Shown here one piece after another: positions 39,018 to 49,421 of a DNA stretch of 64,000 nt. The translations under genes and the position numbers were made by a program. Every line of letters begins with the position of its first letter. The first letter of the stretch is position 1. The notes under the pieces were generated by a model, which was not told the origin of the DNA, made no database searches, and saw only the letters and a program-made list of their open reading frames with translations. The DNA lies in the NCBI GenBank assembly GCA_038874135.1, contig JAVZCZ010000001.1:160001-224000 (forward strand), written 5' to 3'. The stretch is from Candidatus Woesearchaeota archaeon (GTDB lineage: Archaea > Nanobdellota > Nanobdellia > Woesearchaeales > 0-14-0-80-44-23).

Positions 39018-39224
39018 TTACTCTTTTCGTAACTTTTCCAGTTTTTCTTTTATCTCCTGCATCTCATTCTTCAGCCTTTCATAGTATTCCTTTTTTCCCC
39101 TGTTAAGCTGATTTCTAGAGATGTCCCACTCCATTATTCCAACCTTTGAGGAGAGCTCATAGTATCTTTTTTCCAGCTCTCTAATCTCGTTCTCATTCTT
39201 CATCGCTCTCACTTCCTTCGGCAC
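39018..39224 (-). CDS. small coiled-coil hypothetical protein
   Basis: Short ORF in an apparent operon with tfe. Confidence 0.55.
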   Translation of the reverse strand: MPKEVRAMKNENEIRELEKRYYELSSKVGIMEWDISRNQLNRGKKEYYERLKNEMQEIKEKLEKLRKE

Positions 39225-39444
39225 TCCACTTCCTTAAACATCTCAGGCTGCAGAAGTGCTTTAAATCTGCCTTGTTCTTTATCTTCCAAAATGCCTTCAA
39301 TTCAAAATAGTCCTTCTCCTTGTTTATGGGCTTCTTGCAATAGTCGCATGTCAGCTTCACATTGCTCTTCCAAGTTTTATTGTCCGAATCAGCTGAAGGG
39401 ACTATCTTATTGAAGTATTTCATTTTTGACACCCCTCTTAACAT
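39193..39444 (-). CDS. TRASH/MYM-type zinc-binding small protein
   Basis: 'CDYCKK....HFCSLRCL'. Confidence 0.65.
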   Translation of the reverse strand: MLRGVSKMKYFNKIVPSADSDNKTWKSNVKLTCDYCKKPINKEKDYFELKAFWKIKNKADLKHFCSLRCLRKWSAEGSESDEE

Positions 39445-39665
39445 TTCAAGTAAATAATCTTGTCAGGTAGGCGTTCGTGGTTGCTGTATTTAAAGATCAA
39501 TTCCGACCTAAGAGTAAAAGAACTTTTACTCCACTGCTATTTTAAACAAAATCAATTTATAAATTTTTCTCATGGATAAGCTATTTTGTCAAAAATTTGG
39601 AAAGCTTTAAAAACAAATTTGGGAAGGTAAGGTTTTTATATTAATTCTTTATTGTGGACACCTGA

Positions 39666-40220
39666 ATGAAAAGTTCGGAAGACAAGCGAGGGGAAAAAGC
39701 AGAAGATAAAGTAGTTCTATGCAGAATAATTCCAATGTCAGAAGCCCTTGCACGGCTGAAAGAAAGTAGTAAGTTCAAGAAGTGGAAATCACTTCATCCA
39801 AACGACTTTTTAGCAAGCGCCTTCACAATAATGGAAGGCAAAAGTGCTGAGTGGCAGTTCTCGTTCTACAATGTTGAAAAGGATTCAGTAGTTTCATTTG
39901 TGGTTTCTGAAAATGAGATAGGAATGCTTCCCGAATCAGCTGTTCTGAAAGAGCCAGAGCACAGGATGCTTGAAATAAGAGATTCAGACATCAAGCTGGA
40001 CATACACGGAGCAATTGAAGTAGCATCCAAACACCAAACTAAGAATTATCCTAAGGAAAAGCCAATAAAAATAATAGCAGTACTTGCCTCAAGCGAAGGA
40101 AGAAACATCTGGTCAATAACATACCTGACTCAGAACTTCAAAACATTAGTAATGAAGGTTGATGCTGAAAGTGGAGAGATGCTCTCAGAAAAAATAGTGT
40201 CATTTTTTTCTTATGAATAG
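39666..40220 (+). CDS. hypothetical protein (PepSY-like C-terminus)
   Basis: 'W.ITY....KVDAESGEML'. Confidence 0.6.
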   Translation: MKSSEDKRGEKAEDKVVLCRIIPMSEALARLKESSKFKKWKSLHPNDFLASAFTIMEGKSAEWQFSFYNVEKDSVVSFVVSENEIGMLPESAVLKEPEHRMLEIRDSDIKLDIHGAIEVASKHQTKNYPKEKPIKIIAVLASSEGRNIWSITYLTQNFKTLVMKVDAESGEMLSEKIVSFFSYE

Positions 40221-40559
40221 AATTCACTACTTCCCCAAAAATAAATGCGTTCTTTCCTATGGAGAATTAGACGAAAAGGTGAAAGTGTTACTCGTGAAAA
40301 TCACTTGAAAAATAAGTTTCTGGAGTGTATATTTTAAAACTCAAATATGCTTAAATATTAATTCTGCTTAAAAGGAACTGATTTAAAGGTTTAAGACGGA
40401 AGACGGAGATGAAGAAAAATGGGGGACAAAAAAAATTCTCACAAGACAAGCAGGTTCTCAAACCCTGTGAGCTATAAAACAATAATGGCAAACGCACAAC
40501 TCTCCAGCTTCATAAAAGAAAGTGAAGAGTAGCCTAAGAACCATTTTAAAAATTTTTAA

Positions 40560-41294
40560 ATGATGAGCAATTCTGAGATCTCAAATTTGGAAGCTAAACT
40601 AAGCGTAAGAATTTTAGAATACACTCCAAATCCTGAACAGATAGTTGCTGCTGCAGCCCGGCTTACCCAGAGCAGCAGCACAATTGAGGAACTGCTCCTA
40701 AAAGTTTCTGAAAAGGAACAATCAAGATTAATAACTACCCTAATAGAGATGGGACACCTCTCCCCCTTTGAGCATGTTGTGTACACATTCGGAATTGAAG
40801 GGATCTCAAGAGCATGCTCGCACCAGCTGGTCAGACACAGAATAGCTTCATACTCCCAGCAGAGCCAGAGATATGTAAGCTATGAAAATGTCAAGTTTGT
40901 AGTACCCCCCGAAATTGCAAGAAACAGTGAAGACAAACTGAAATTCCTCACGCAATGCCTTAAAGAGTTTGAAGTGTACTTAGAATTCGTAAATAAGGGA
41001 TACAAACCTGAAGATGCAAGATTCCTACTGCCCAACGCAACAGAAACAAAAATAATCATTACAATGAACGCCAGAGAGCTTTTACACTTCTACGAGCTGA
41101 GAACCTGCGAGAGGGCTCAGTGGGAGATAAGGCAGATGGCAAAACAGATGCTAACTCTATCATACAATACTGCACCCAACATATTCAAAAATGCGGGACC
41201 CAGATGCTTAAGAGGCCCTTGCACTGAAGGAAAGTATAAGTGCGAAAGGAACATTTCTGAAATAAGATCTGAATTTGAAAAGATAAAGAGATAA
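40560..41294 (+). CDS. thyX: flavin-dependent thymidylate synthase
   Basis: 'GH.SPFEH', 'RHR.ASYSQQSQRY', 'EDARFLLP', 'AQWEIR'. Confidence 0.96.
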   Translation: MMSNSEISNLEAKLSVRILEYTPNPEQIVAAAARLTQSSSTIEELLLKVSEKEQSRLITTLIEMGHLSPFEHVVYTFGIEGISRACSHQLVRHRIASYSQQSQRYVSYENVKFVVPPEIARNSEDKLKFLTQCLKEFEVYLEFVNKGYKPEDARFLLPNATETKIIITMNARELLHFYELRTCERAQWEIRQMAKQMLTLSYNTAPNIFKNAGPRCLRGPCTEGKYKCERNISEIRSEFEKIKR

Positions 41295-41408
41295 AAAAGC
41301 AAGGAGCGGGTGTGAATTTTTAAGGCACTACTAATCACATATTGGACAGCTTTAATAATGAGTTATGACATACTATTGCACAACTCAAAATTTTCAGGGG
41401 TGAAAAAC

Positions 41409-42665
41409 ATGAGCAGAAAATCAAACAAGAAAACTGAGAATCCTTTTCAGATGGCACAGAGCCAGTTTGAAGAGGTGGCAAGGCTAATCAAGCTTGAAGA
41501 CGAATATTACAACATACTAAAAGAACCAGAAAGATTTGTAGAAGTAAAAATACCAGTGAAGATGGACGATGGTACAACAAAGGTATTCACAGGTTACAGG
41601 TCTCAACACAACAATAGCAGGGGCCCATACAAGGGAGGCATAAGATTTCACCAAAATGTGACTCCAGAAGAGGTTAAAGCGCTCTCAATGTGGATGACTT
41701 GGAAGTGCTCAGTAGTAGGCATCCCATTTGGAGGAGGCAAGGGCGGCGTAGTAGTAAACCCCAAAGAGCTCTCAAAAGGCGAGCTGGAAAGACTTAGCAG
41801 AGGCTACATAAGAGCAATAGCGCCCATAATAGGAGAAGACACTGACGTACCTGCACCAGATGTTGGAACAGACGCGCAGGTAATGGAGTGGATGCTGGAC
41901 GAATATGAAAAGATAATAGGAAGAAAAGCCCCGGCAGTGATAACCGGAAAACCAGTAAACAATCACGGCTCAAAAGGAAGAGAACTAGCAACATCTAGGG
42001 GAGGACTCTTCGTACTCATGAGGGCGCTGCAAACTCTCAACACGAACAGCGAAGGCATAACAGCGGCAGTGCAGGGGTTCGGAAATGTAGGCTTAGGCTT
42101 TGCAAAGTTGGCATACGAATCAGGAATAAAAATAGTAGCAGTCAGCGACTCAACAGGCGGCATATACTCGCAAGAAGGACTAAACATCCCGGAAGTGATA
42201 AAACACAAAGAAGCCACTGGCTCTGTCCAGAACTTCAAAGGAACAAAGAACATAACAAACGAAGAGCTCCTCGAACTGAAAACAGACGTACTAGTGCCGG
42301 CAGCACTGGAAGGGCAGATAACACATAAGAATGCGGACAGGATAAAAGCAAAAATAGTACTGGAACTCGCAAATGGCCCAACAACTCCGGAAGCAGATGA
42401 AATACTCACGAAGAATGGAATACTCGTAATCCCAGACATACTTGCGAACTCTGGAGGAGTCGCAGTAAGCTACTTTGAATGGCTACAGAACAAGCAGGGA
42501 AAATACTGGGAAGAAGATAAAGTCAATTCGGAACTTAAGAAGCTAATGGAGAAAGCATTTGAAGAAGTGTACAATGTCTACAAGGAGAAGAAGGTAAGTA
42601 TGCGAATGGCAGCTGGCATAGTAGCAGTGCAGAAAGTAGTGGAAGAGATGAAAAAGAAAGAATGA
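41409..42665 (+). CDS. gdhA: glutamate dehydrogenase (Glu/Leu/Phe/Val family)
   Basis: 'GPYKGGIRFH', 'GGGKGG', 'DVPAPD', 'QGFGNVG', 'PDILANSGGV'. Confidence 0.95.
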   Translation: MSRKSNKKTENPFQMAQSQFEEVARLIKLEDEYYNILKEPERFVEVKIPVKMDDGTTKVFTGYRSQHNNSRGPYKGGIRFHQNVTPEEVKALSMWMTWKCSVVGIPFGGGKGGVVVNPKELSKGELERLSRGYIRAIAPIIGEDTDVPAPDVGTDAQVMEWMLDEYEKIIGRKAPAVITGKPVNNHGSKGRELATSRGGLFVLMRALQTLNTNSEGITAAVQGFGNVGLGFAKLAYESGIKIVAVSDSTGGIYSQEGLNIPEVIKHKEATGSVQNFKGTKNITNEELLELKTDVLVPAALEGQITHKNADRIKAKIVLELANGPTTPEADEILTKNGILVIPDILANSGGVAVSYFEWLQNKQGKYWEEDKVNSELKKLMEKAFEEVYNVYKEKKVSMRMAAGIVAVQKVVEEMKKKE

Positions 42666-42757
42666 ATAACAAAATTTTTTACTACACTAATTTTTTTTAA
42701 TTATTCTAATTATATTGGGAAAAATTTTAAAATAACAGGTGCACTCAGAAGTTTTAG

Positions 42758-44323
42758 ATGGAATTTAAAACTCATTCCAACCCTCTTAAGCATTTGAGAG
42801 AGGAGCATCTAATATTTTTTCTTTTTCTAGTTTCAACCTCAATATTTGTTTTTCAGCATGCTGCCTACTTTTCATGGGATTTTCACTCTTATGTTTTGAA
42901 TGCTAAGTACTGGTTTGCGAATGGAAATTATTTTGAGCCACTTAGGCCTCCTCTTATGCCCTTTCTTGTCGGGGTTTTCAGCATTTTCGGCTGGCGCGCT
43001 TCTGAGTTTGTCTTTATTATTTTTGTGTCTTTCTTATTTATGTATTCCAGTGTGAGGCTTGCCCGTGCTCTCGGGTTTAATGCGCTTGCTTTTTACGCTT
43101 TAAGCCTGAACGCCTATGTTTTTAGTGTAGGGCTTGTTAACGGGACTGAGCTTCTCGCTTTTGTCTTTTTGGAACTCTTTGTGAGTTTTCTGATTGAGGA
43201 TAATCCTCTTTCTGGCTTATGGCTTGGCCTTAGTGCTCTTTCCAGGTATGTTGCGCTAGCACTTTTTCCCCTGGCTTTTTTGCATCTGAATTTTAAGAAG
43301 GCGTTTAGGAGCTTGCTGCTTTTCTTTTTGATTCTTTCGCCATGGCTCATTTATAACTATTTCAGGTTTGGGAACTTTTTTACTAGCATTGCTGACCTGT
43401 ATGCTAATAATGTTCTTTATCGTAGTTATCTCGTTCAGCCCATACGTTTCTCCCACTTTGTTAATCTTTTTAATGTTCTCTTTCCATTCTTCCTTGTTGG
43501 CGTTTTTGTTGTTTCGCGCAGGTTGTTTTTGAAGTTGCGATTCATTGGGAGAGATTTGCGTTTGTTGAAGTTTTGGAGAGTTTTGAGAACGTTTAAGGCT
43601 GAGCTGCTGATGTTTTTCCTGCTCTTTTTTTCTGTTTGGAGTTACGCTTTTACTCCAGCCAAGGATTTGAGGTACCTGTTTAATTTGGCACTTCCGAATT
43701 TTTACTTTTCTTATGTTGGGCTTTCTAGCATTGTGGCGTGGATGAACTTTAAGAAGCGCTCTCTTGTTCTTGCGTCTCTGCTTGTTTTTGTTTTGAGCCT
43801 CTGCATGTTTTTAGTTAATTTTTTAGTTTATAGCTATTCTGACGGTAGGGTTTATTATTCTGTTGTGGACAAGCTTAGGGAATTAAATATGTCTAATTGT
43901 TCTGTGATGTCTAACAACTGGGTTCAGCTGGACTATTTGGGCATAGCTGCTGAGCCTGCTCCGATGCAGGCATTAGCTTACAAGCGCTTGGAAGAGGGTA
44001 AGGTTCTTATTCTGTTTTATCACACTCACGGAATAGTTGAAGAGCCAGCTTATGTGCAGAATGAGTCATTTATGAATTCTCTCCCGATAATTTATAAAAA
44101 TGATTCTTATATAATTGCCGGCTTTGGAAGTTGTATTTCAGGAAAAATTTTTGATTATTCCTATGTTGATCAGATTGATAGAAATATCTTTGAAGCTTAC
44201 GGTTATCATATTAATACCAATCCGTGCTTTTTGCTGTTCGGAAAGATTTCTATTCTTGAAAGGTTTTGCAATTTCGTTAATTTCAAAGGTTTTAAGCATG
44301 ACGAGTATAGGATTTACGAATAG
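42758..44323 (+). CDS. GT-C (ArnT/PMT-like) membrane glycosyltransferase
   Basis: 'WD...Y', 'RPPL.P', many TMs, 'RY' motifs. Confidence 0.7.
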   Translation: MEFKTHSNPLKHLREEHLIFFLFLVSTSIFVFQHAAYFSWDFHSYVLNAKYWFANGNYFEPLRPPLMPFLVGVFSIFGWRASEFVFIIFVSFLFMYSSVRLARALGFNALAFYALSLNAYVFSVGLVNGTELLAFVFLELFVSFLIEDNPLSGLWLGLSALSRYVALALFPLAFLHLNFKKAFRSLLLFFLILSPWLIYNYFRFGNFFTSIADLYANNVLYRSYLVQPIRFSHFVNLFNVLFPFFLVGVFVVSRRLFLKLRFIGRDLRLLKFWRVLRTFKAELLMFFLLFFSVWSYAFTPAKDLRYLFNLALPNFYFSYVGLSSIVAWMNFKKRSLVLASLLVFVLSLCMFLVNFLVYSYSDGRVYYSVVDKLRELNMSNCSVMSNNWVQLDYLGIAAEPAPMQALAYKRLEEGKVLILFYHTHGIVEEPAYVQNESFMNSLPIIYKNDSYIIAGFGSCISGKIFDYSYVDQIDRNIFEAYGYHINTNPCFLLFGKISILERFCNFVNFKGFKHDEYRIYE

Positions 44324-44423
44324 TTTTGTGATTTTTTAAAATATTTATTTGCACACCTTCGCCAGCTTTATTAATAAGTGTGGCTTACCCTTGCACTAGT
44401 GCAAGAAAAATGCATATGATGAG

Positions 44424-45125
44424 GTGAAAAATATGGAAAGTTCAGAAGGCTTTAAGGGAATGCCATTATTAGGTGATGAGTTCCCCTCTGTAAAGGTGAA
44501 GACAACTCACGGAGTTATTGAACTTCCGAAGGCTTTCAAGGGTAAGTGGTTTGTACTTTTTAGCCATCCAGCAGACTTTACACCTGTGTGCACTACCGAG
44601 TTCGTGGCTTTTCAGAAGAGGTATGACAAGTTTAAAGCATTAAACTGCGAGCTGATAGGATTAAGCATTGACCAAGTATTTTCTCACATCAAGTGGACTG
44701 AGTGGATTAATGAGAAGTTAAATGTTGAGATTAAGTTTCCAATAATCGCGGATACTGGAGAACTGGCAAAAACTTTAGGATTAATTCATCCGAACAAGGG
44801 TACTAACACTGTTAGAGCAGTATTCATAGTTGATGACAAGGGAATCATAAGAGCCATACTTTATTATCCTCAAGAGCTGGGAAGAAACATGGACGAGATA
44901 CTTAGAATGGTAGACGGGCTTCAGAAGGCTGACAAGTATGGAGTTGCAATGCCTGCAAACTGGCCTAACAATGAGCTGGTTAAAGATCATGTCATTGTGC
45001 CGCCGGCTTCTGATGTTAAGACTGCTAAAGACAGGCTTTTGAGTGCTAAGAGTGGTGAGATTGAATGCTATGATTGGTGGATGTGCCACAAGAGTTTGAA
45101 GGAGGATAAAAAGAAGAAGGAGTGA
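44424..45125 (+). CDS. archaeal peroxiredoxin (Prx6 type)
   Basis: '[12 protein letters not shown]', 'CYDWWMC'. Confidence 0.95.
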   Translation: MKNMESSEGFKGMPLLGDEFPSVKVKTTHGVIELPKAFKGKWFVLFSHPADFTPVCTTEFVAFQKRYDKFKALNCELIGLSIDQVFSHIKWTEWINEKLNVEIKFPIIADTGELAKTLGLIHPNKGTNTVRAVFIVDDKGIIRAILYYPQELGRNMDEILRMVDGLQKADKYGVAMPANWPNNELVKDHVIVPPASDVKTAKDRLLSAKSGEIECYDWWMCHKSLKEDKKKKE

Positions 45126-45478
45126 TAAAAATGGTAGTGTATATAAAGAGTAAACAAGATTTTGAAAGGGAAATAGTTAAGAGCGATGTGCCAACGCTGG
45201 TTGATTTTTGGGCTTCCTGGTGCATGCCTTGCCAGATGATGGCTCCTGTCTTTGAAGAGCTCTCTAAGGAGTATGAGGGCAGATTAAAGTTTGTGAAGCT
45301 CTCAACTGAGGAGTTTCCAGACTTGGCTCAGGATTATGAGATAGACAGCATACCTTCAATACTCCTGCTGGACAAGGGGCGAGAGGTGGATAGGCTTATC
45401 GGCTATATGCCTAAGCCTATTTTTAAGGCAAGGATTGAAGACCTTATGCGAAGGCATCCTGAACTTTTCAGGAAGTAG
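45122..45478 (+). CDS. trxA: thioredoxin
   Basis: '[10 protein letters not shown]'. Confidence 0.93.
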   Translation: MIKMVVYIKSKQDFEREIVKSDVPTLVDFWASWCMPCQMMAPVFEELSKEYEGRLKFVKLSTEEFPDLAQDYEIDSIPSILLLDKGREVDRLIGYMPKPIFKARIEDLMRRHPELFRK

Positions 45479-45491
45479 GAGGGGCAATTAG

Positions 45492-45836
45492 ATGATATCT
45501 TTTGCCTGCAGGACTATTGATTTTGAAGAGTTGTTCAGTTGTAGTTTCGGTCTTAAAAAGACCGACTACAAGATTTTTAATATAATATTGCAGAGCGGCA
45601 AGCGTCTTACAGTTAGCAGCATTGCTAAGATTCTGGGCAAAGAGAGAACTGTTGTTCAAAAATCAGTTAAGAGCCTTCTTGAGAAGAGGCTTGTTAAGCG
45701 TTATCAGGAGAACATTCAGAATGGTGGTTACAGGTTTTATTACGAAGCAGAAGACAAAGAAGAAATCAGAAAGCGCCTTCTTGAGATTATTAGAAGATGG
45801 TCTTCTAATGTGGAAGATGTTGTTAGTAAGTGGTAA
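45492..45836 (+). CDS. TrmB-like HTH transcriptional regulator
   Basis: 'FAC', 'CSFGL', HTH, 'GGYRFYY'. Confidence 0.8.
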   Translation: MISFACRTIDFEELFSCSFGLKKTDYKIFNIILQSGKRLTVSSIAKILGKERTVVQKSVKSLLEKRLVKRYQENIQNGGYRFYYEAEDKEEIRKRLLEIIRRWSSNVEDVVSKW

Positions 45837-45906
45837 ACTTTTGATTTATCCACTCGGAAGAGATTAATTATAAAAAATTTTAAATACTTACTAAACTTTT
45901 AAATAA

Positions 45907-46839
45907 TTGATGGGTGCCTGCTCATATATTAAAAAGAGCTTAGTTGAGGCTGACAAGTCAGTAATTCTTCCGATATTGAGGGATGGAAATCTGAAGCCTT
46001 GGATAAAGGTAACTTATGAATTTTCCACTTTAGGAGAAGAGTACGAATTAAGAGATAATCTGACTTATGTCACAGTTCCAAAAGATGCAAGAATTGAGTT
46101 TGACAGGAGATTGGTTCAAGTTTCTTTAAAAGAGAGAGGAGTTCGTGTAGATTATGTCAACTTTATGATGGGACCGTGCTCAATAGAAATGGACAGGTTT
46201 TCAGTTGCGCGATTAAATCCCAATATACCATTCAGGATTAAAGCTTCAGACAGACTTCCTTACTACTCTTTTGAGATTCTTGAAAATTTTAGTGAGAGCG
46301 ATAAAAAATCATATGATACTCCACTGGAGCTAAAAATTTCTGGAATTACTAGAAAGAACCTTTCTATAAACAGCACCGAGGTTACAGCTATAACTTGTGA
46401 AAAAGAGATAATAAGTCTTCCAGGAGTTATGATTTATCCGGAGCAGGACTTTTCAGGATGCTATAAACTCTTTGGAAAATTCAACGGGTCGCCAGAGCTG
46501 GAATTTGGATACTGTCAGTTCTATTCTAAATTAGAAAGAGAGTTACTACACTCACACGAACAGGTTATAGAAGCTTATCTTGGAATTCGTGGAAGCGTGT
46601 CCCTCTTCATTGCTTGCGATGATGGGGATATAAAGATTAAAGGAGTTGATTTAGATGGAATTATCAGAGAGTGGACTGGGGAGATTGTGAAAATAGATAA
46701 GCATGATTTAGTAATCCCGCTAACCGCTCATAAGCTATTATTAAGTGAGGAGTATTCAAAATTACCAGCTACACTTTATAAGCTAAGCTATTCACACATT
46801 ATAAATCCTGAAAAAGAAAAAATCCTTGAAAAACAATAA
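45907..46839 (+). CDS. hypothetical protein
   Basis: 310 aa ORF with no recognisable motif. Confidence 0.6.
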   Translation: MMGACSYIKKSLVEADKSVILPILRDGNLKPWIKVTYEFSTLGEEYELRDNLTYVTVPKDARIEFDRRLVQVSLKERGVRVDYVNFMMGPCSIEMDRFSVARLNPNIPFRIKASDRLPYYSFEILENFSESDKKSYDTPLELKISGITRKNLSINSTEVTAITCEKEIISLPGVMIYPEQDFSGCYKLFGKFNGSPELEFGYCQFYSKLERELLHSHEQVIEAYLGIRGSVSLFIACDDGDIKIKGVDLDGIIREWTGEIVKIDKHDLVIPLTAHKLLLSEEYSKLPATLYKLSYSHIINPEKEKILEKQ

Positions 46840-46847
46840 AAAAAAGT

Positions 46848-47201
46848 TTAGTATTTAATGCTCTTCTCAACTATGTCTCCGATTATTGGGACGTGCCACT
46901 TCTCATTGTTATACGCCTTAACCATAAGCACTATCCACAGTATAAAAGATATTAGGGAGAGCACTACTGTCAGTGACACTCCAATTATGGGAATTAATCC
47001 AAAGATGAGGTTAAGTATCGTCACGCTTCCAAAAGTTAGTATGGACTGCCAGGCGTGAAATTTAACATTCCTGCTCTTCTTCTCCAGGATTAAGAATATT
47101 ATCCCAGTCAGCCATCCGAGAACATAGCATAGTAATGCCTCAATGTTTTCCTGCATATTTAATGAAGTGCTTGAGTTGTCCTTCTTCTTTGTCTTAGCCA
47201 T
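46848..47201 (-). CDS. DUF4870 membrane protein
   Basis: 'LCYVLGWLTG', 'VKFHAWQS', 'P.IG'. Confidence 0.85.
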   Translation of the reverse strand: MAKTKKKDNSSTSLNMQENIEALLCYVLGWLTGIIFLILEKKSRNVKFHAWQSILTFGSVTILNLIFGLIPIIGVSLTVVLSLISFILWIVLMVKAYNNEKWHVPIIGDIVEKSIKY

Positions 47202-47276
47202 TATTTTTCCACCCCCAAAAATATTTGCTATACTTAATTTTTTAGGTTTAGAGTTTAAAAATTTATCGCATTTTGA

Positions 47277-47795
47277 TTAATATTTTTCCCAGTGAAGCAC
47301 CTTATCCAGTGGCCTCTTGTTGGGCGGCTCTGGGTTTGCATAGTAGTATCCTAGAGATATTATTGAGACTATTTCTTGCTCCGGCGGTATTTTTAGGAGC
47401 TCTTTTATCTTTTCTGAATATTGGCGCTTATAGCCTGCTACCCAGCAGCTTCCAATCTTGTACGCCTTTGCAGCTAGGAGTATGTTTTCAGTCGCGGCTG
47501 AGCAGTCCTCTAGTAGGTGTGGATTTTCTTTTTCTCCGCACACTATAACTGCGGCTGCTGCATCCTTTATGAACTTGCCCCATGTTGCCAGTTCAGCTAT
47601 TTTTGCTAATTTGTCTTTGTCGGTAATTACTATGAACTCCCAGGGCTGTATGTTGTTGGCAGATGGAGCCATTCTTGCTGCGTCTATAATGTCTGAGAGG
47701 ATCTCCTTAGGAATCTGCTTAGGCAGATATCCCCTTATAGACCTTCTGGACTTTATAAGTTCAACGAACTCGTTCATTTTTAACACCCCTAACAC
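47277..47795 (-). CDS. nitroreductase family protein
   Basis: 'RRSIR', 'APSANN.QPWEF', 'GSCW'. Confidence 0.93.
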   Translation of the reverse strand: MLGVLKMNEFVELIKSRRSIRGYLPKQIPKEILSDIIDAARMAPSANNIQPWEFIVITDKDKLAKIAELATWGKFIKDAAAAVIVCGEKENPHLLEDCSAATENILLAAKAYKIGSCWVAGYKRQYSEKIKELLKIPPEQEIVSIISLGYYYANPEPPNKRPLDKVLHWEKY

Positions 47796-47865
47796 ATGTT
47801 AGTAGTTTTGATATTATAAATTTGATGGCAAAATTTATTAAAGGATTGATTAAGCATTTAGGATT

Positions 47866-48873
47866 ATGAGTGCAGAAGGGAATTTTAAGCTTCCTTTTGA
47901 GCGTGTCAGCAGGGAGTTGCTAGTCAAGAGAGAATCCTCTACTGATCCCAGCTTGGGCTGCTCTCCTGACGAGAGGAGCGTTAATGAGCTCATAAATTTT
48001 GGAGTCATAAACCTGGATAAACCTTCAGGGCCTACCAGTCATCAGGTTAGTGATTATCTTCAGAGGATTCTGCACATTGATAAGGCTGGACATTCTGGAA
48101 CTCTAGATCCTAAGGTTACTGGAGTGCTTCCTGTTGCGCTTGGTAGGGCTACACGCCTGATTCACCTTTTATTGAAGTCTGGGAAGGAGTATGTTGCTCT
48201 TATGCATCTTCATTCTGATGTTTCTGAAGAGGAGGTTCGTAGGAGGCTCTCAGATTTTGTTGGAAGGATAAATCAGAAGCCACCCTTGAGGTCTGCCGTT
48301 AAGCGTGTCTTCAGGGAGAGAAACATATATTATATAGAGGTTATTGAGGTTGATGGCAGGGATGTGCTTTTCAAGATTGGGTGTGAGGCAGGCACTTATA
48401 TTAGGAAGTTTATTTATGATTTTGGGCAGAGTACGGGCTGGAGAGCAAGTATGTCTGAGCTTAGAAGGACGAGAGTTGCCCATTTTGATGAGAGCAGCAT
48501 TCATACCCTGCAGGATGTTGCAGACGCTTATTGGTATTGGAGGGAAGAGGGACGAGAAGATTTAATAAGGAAGATAGTTCTGCCTGCAGAGCGCATTCTC
48601 GAATGCATTCCTAAGGTTTATGTTTTGGACAGCGCAGTTGATTCATTATGTCACGGAGCTAACCTTAATGTTCCAGGAGTATCAAAACTTGATTCGGGGA
48701 TTTCTGCTGGGGATATTGTTGGAGTTATGACTCTCAAGAGGGAAGTAGTTGCTTACGGAATTGCTAAGATGTCTTCTCAGGAGATCTTATCCGCAGAGAA
48801 GGGCTTTGCAGTTAAGGTTGAAAAAGTTTTTATGCAACCGGGAACTTATAAGATTTCTCAAGCAGAAGTTTAA
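47866..48873 (+). CDS. cbf5: pseudouridine synthase Cbf5
   Basis: 'LDKPSGPTSH', 'GHSGTLDP', 'GTYIR', PUA domain. Confidence 0.95.
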   Translation: MSAEGNFKLPFERVSRELLVKRESSTDPSLGCSPDERSVNELINFGVINLDKPSGPTSHQVSDYLQRILHIDKAGHSGTLDPKVTGVLPVALGRATRLIHLLLKSGKEYVALMHLHSDVSEEEVRRRLSDFVGRINQKPPLRSAVKRVFRERNIYYIEVIEVDGRDVLFKIGCEAGTYIRKFIYDFGQSTGWRASMSELRRTRVAHFDESSIHTLQDVADAYWYWREEGREDLIRKIVLPAERILECIPKVYVLDSAVDSLCHGANLNVPGVSKLDSGISAGDIVGVMTLKREVVAYGIAKMSSQEILSAEKGFAVKVEKVFMQPGTYKISQAEV

Positions 48874-48923
48874 AAACACGCAAATAGAAAAGTTTATAAA
48901 TAAGTATATTAATTTACATTTTT

Positions 48924-49085
48924 ATGACACGATATATTTGCACATCTTGCAACTTCAGATTTGAACCAAAAGCGGGTAAGGGAGTCCCAACAGCCTGCCC
49001 CTATTGCGGAAAAAAAGGCACTCTTGTGCAGGAGAAAGCTGCTCAGGAGCTCCTTGAAGAGGCAACCGCCTCCGACAGGGAATAA
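48924..49085 (+). CDS. 53-aa zinc-ribbon protein
   Basis: MTRYICTSCNFRFEPKAGKGVPTACPYCGKKG...; upstream TATA GAAAAGTTTATAAA; missed by the ORF track. Confidence 0.75.
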   Translation: MTRYICTSCNFRFEPKAGKGVPTACPYCGKKGTLVQEKAAQELLEEATASDRE

Positions 49086-49091
49086 AATAGG

Positions 49092-49376
49092 ATGAAATGC
49101 ATTGTTGGAAAGAAAAAGCTTCTGAAATACTTTGAAATAACAGGTAGAGCTCTAGAAGCTGCTAAAAGCAGTAAGAATCGCACAAATCTCGTAAGGGAAA
49201 GAGAAGAGTTTATCCTCATGGCTGAGAGTTACTACAAGGATGCCCAGCACTACTATGAGAAGGGCGACTTAGTTACTGCGTTCGCAGCACTCAACTATGC
49301 GCACGGCTGGCTGGACGCTGGAGCCCGCTTAGGAATATTTGATGTGCATGACTCAGAGCTTTTTGCAAATGATTAG
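49092..49376 (+). CDS. DUF357 domain protein
   Basis: 'MAESYYKDA.HY...GD...AFAALNYAHGWLDAGARLG'. Confidence 0.9.
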   Translation: MKCIVGKKKLLKYFEITGRALEAAKSSKNRTNLVREREEFILMAESYYKDAQHYYEKGDLVTAFAALNYAHGWLDAGARLGIFDVHDSELFAND

Positions 49377-49421
49377 AACCTTAGAAAGTTTTATATTCCC
49401 CAATTTTTTAACTACTTCACA

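Noticed and set aside
40419-40532. 37-aa ORF upstream of thyX (MGDKKNSHKTSRFSNPVSYK...)
   Set aside because: Has an SD-like sequence but is too short and has no motif; unsupported without homologues
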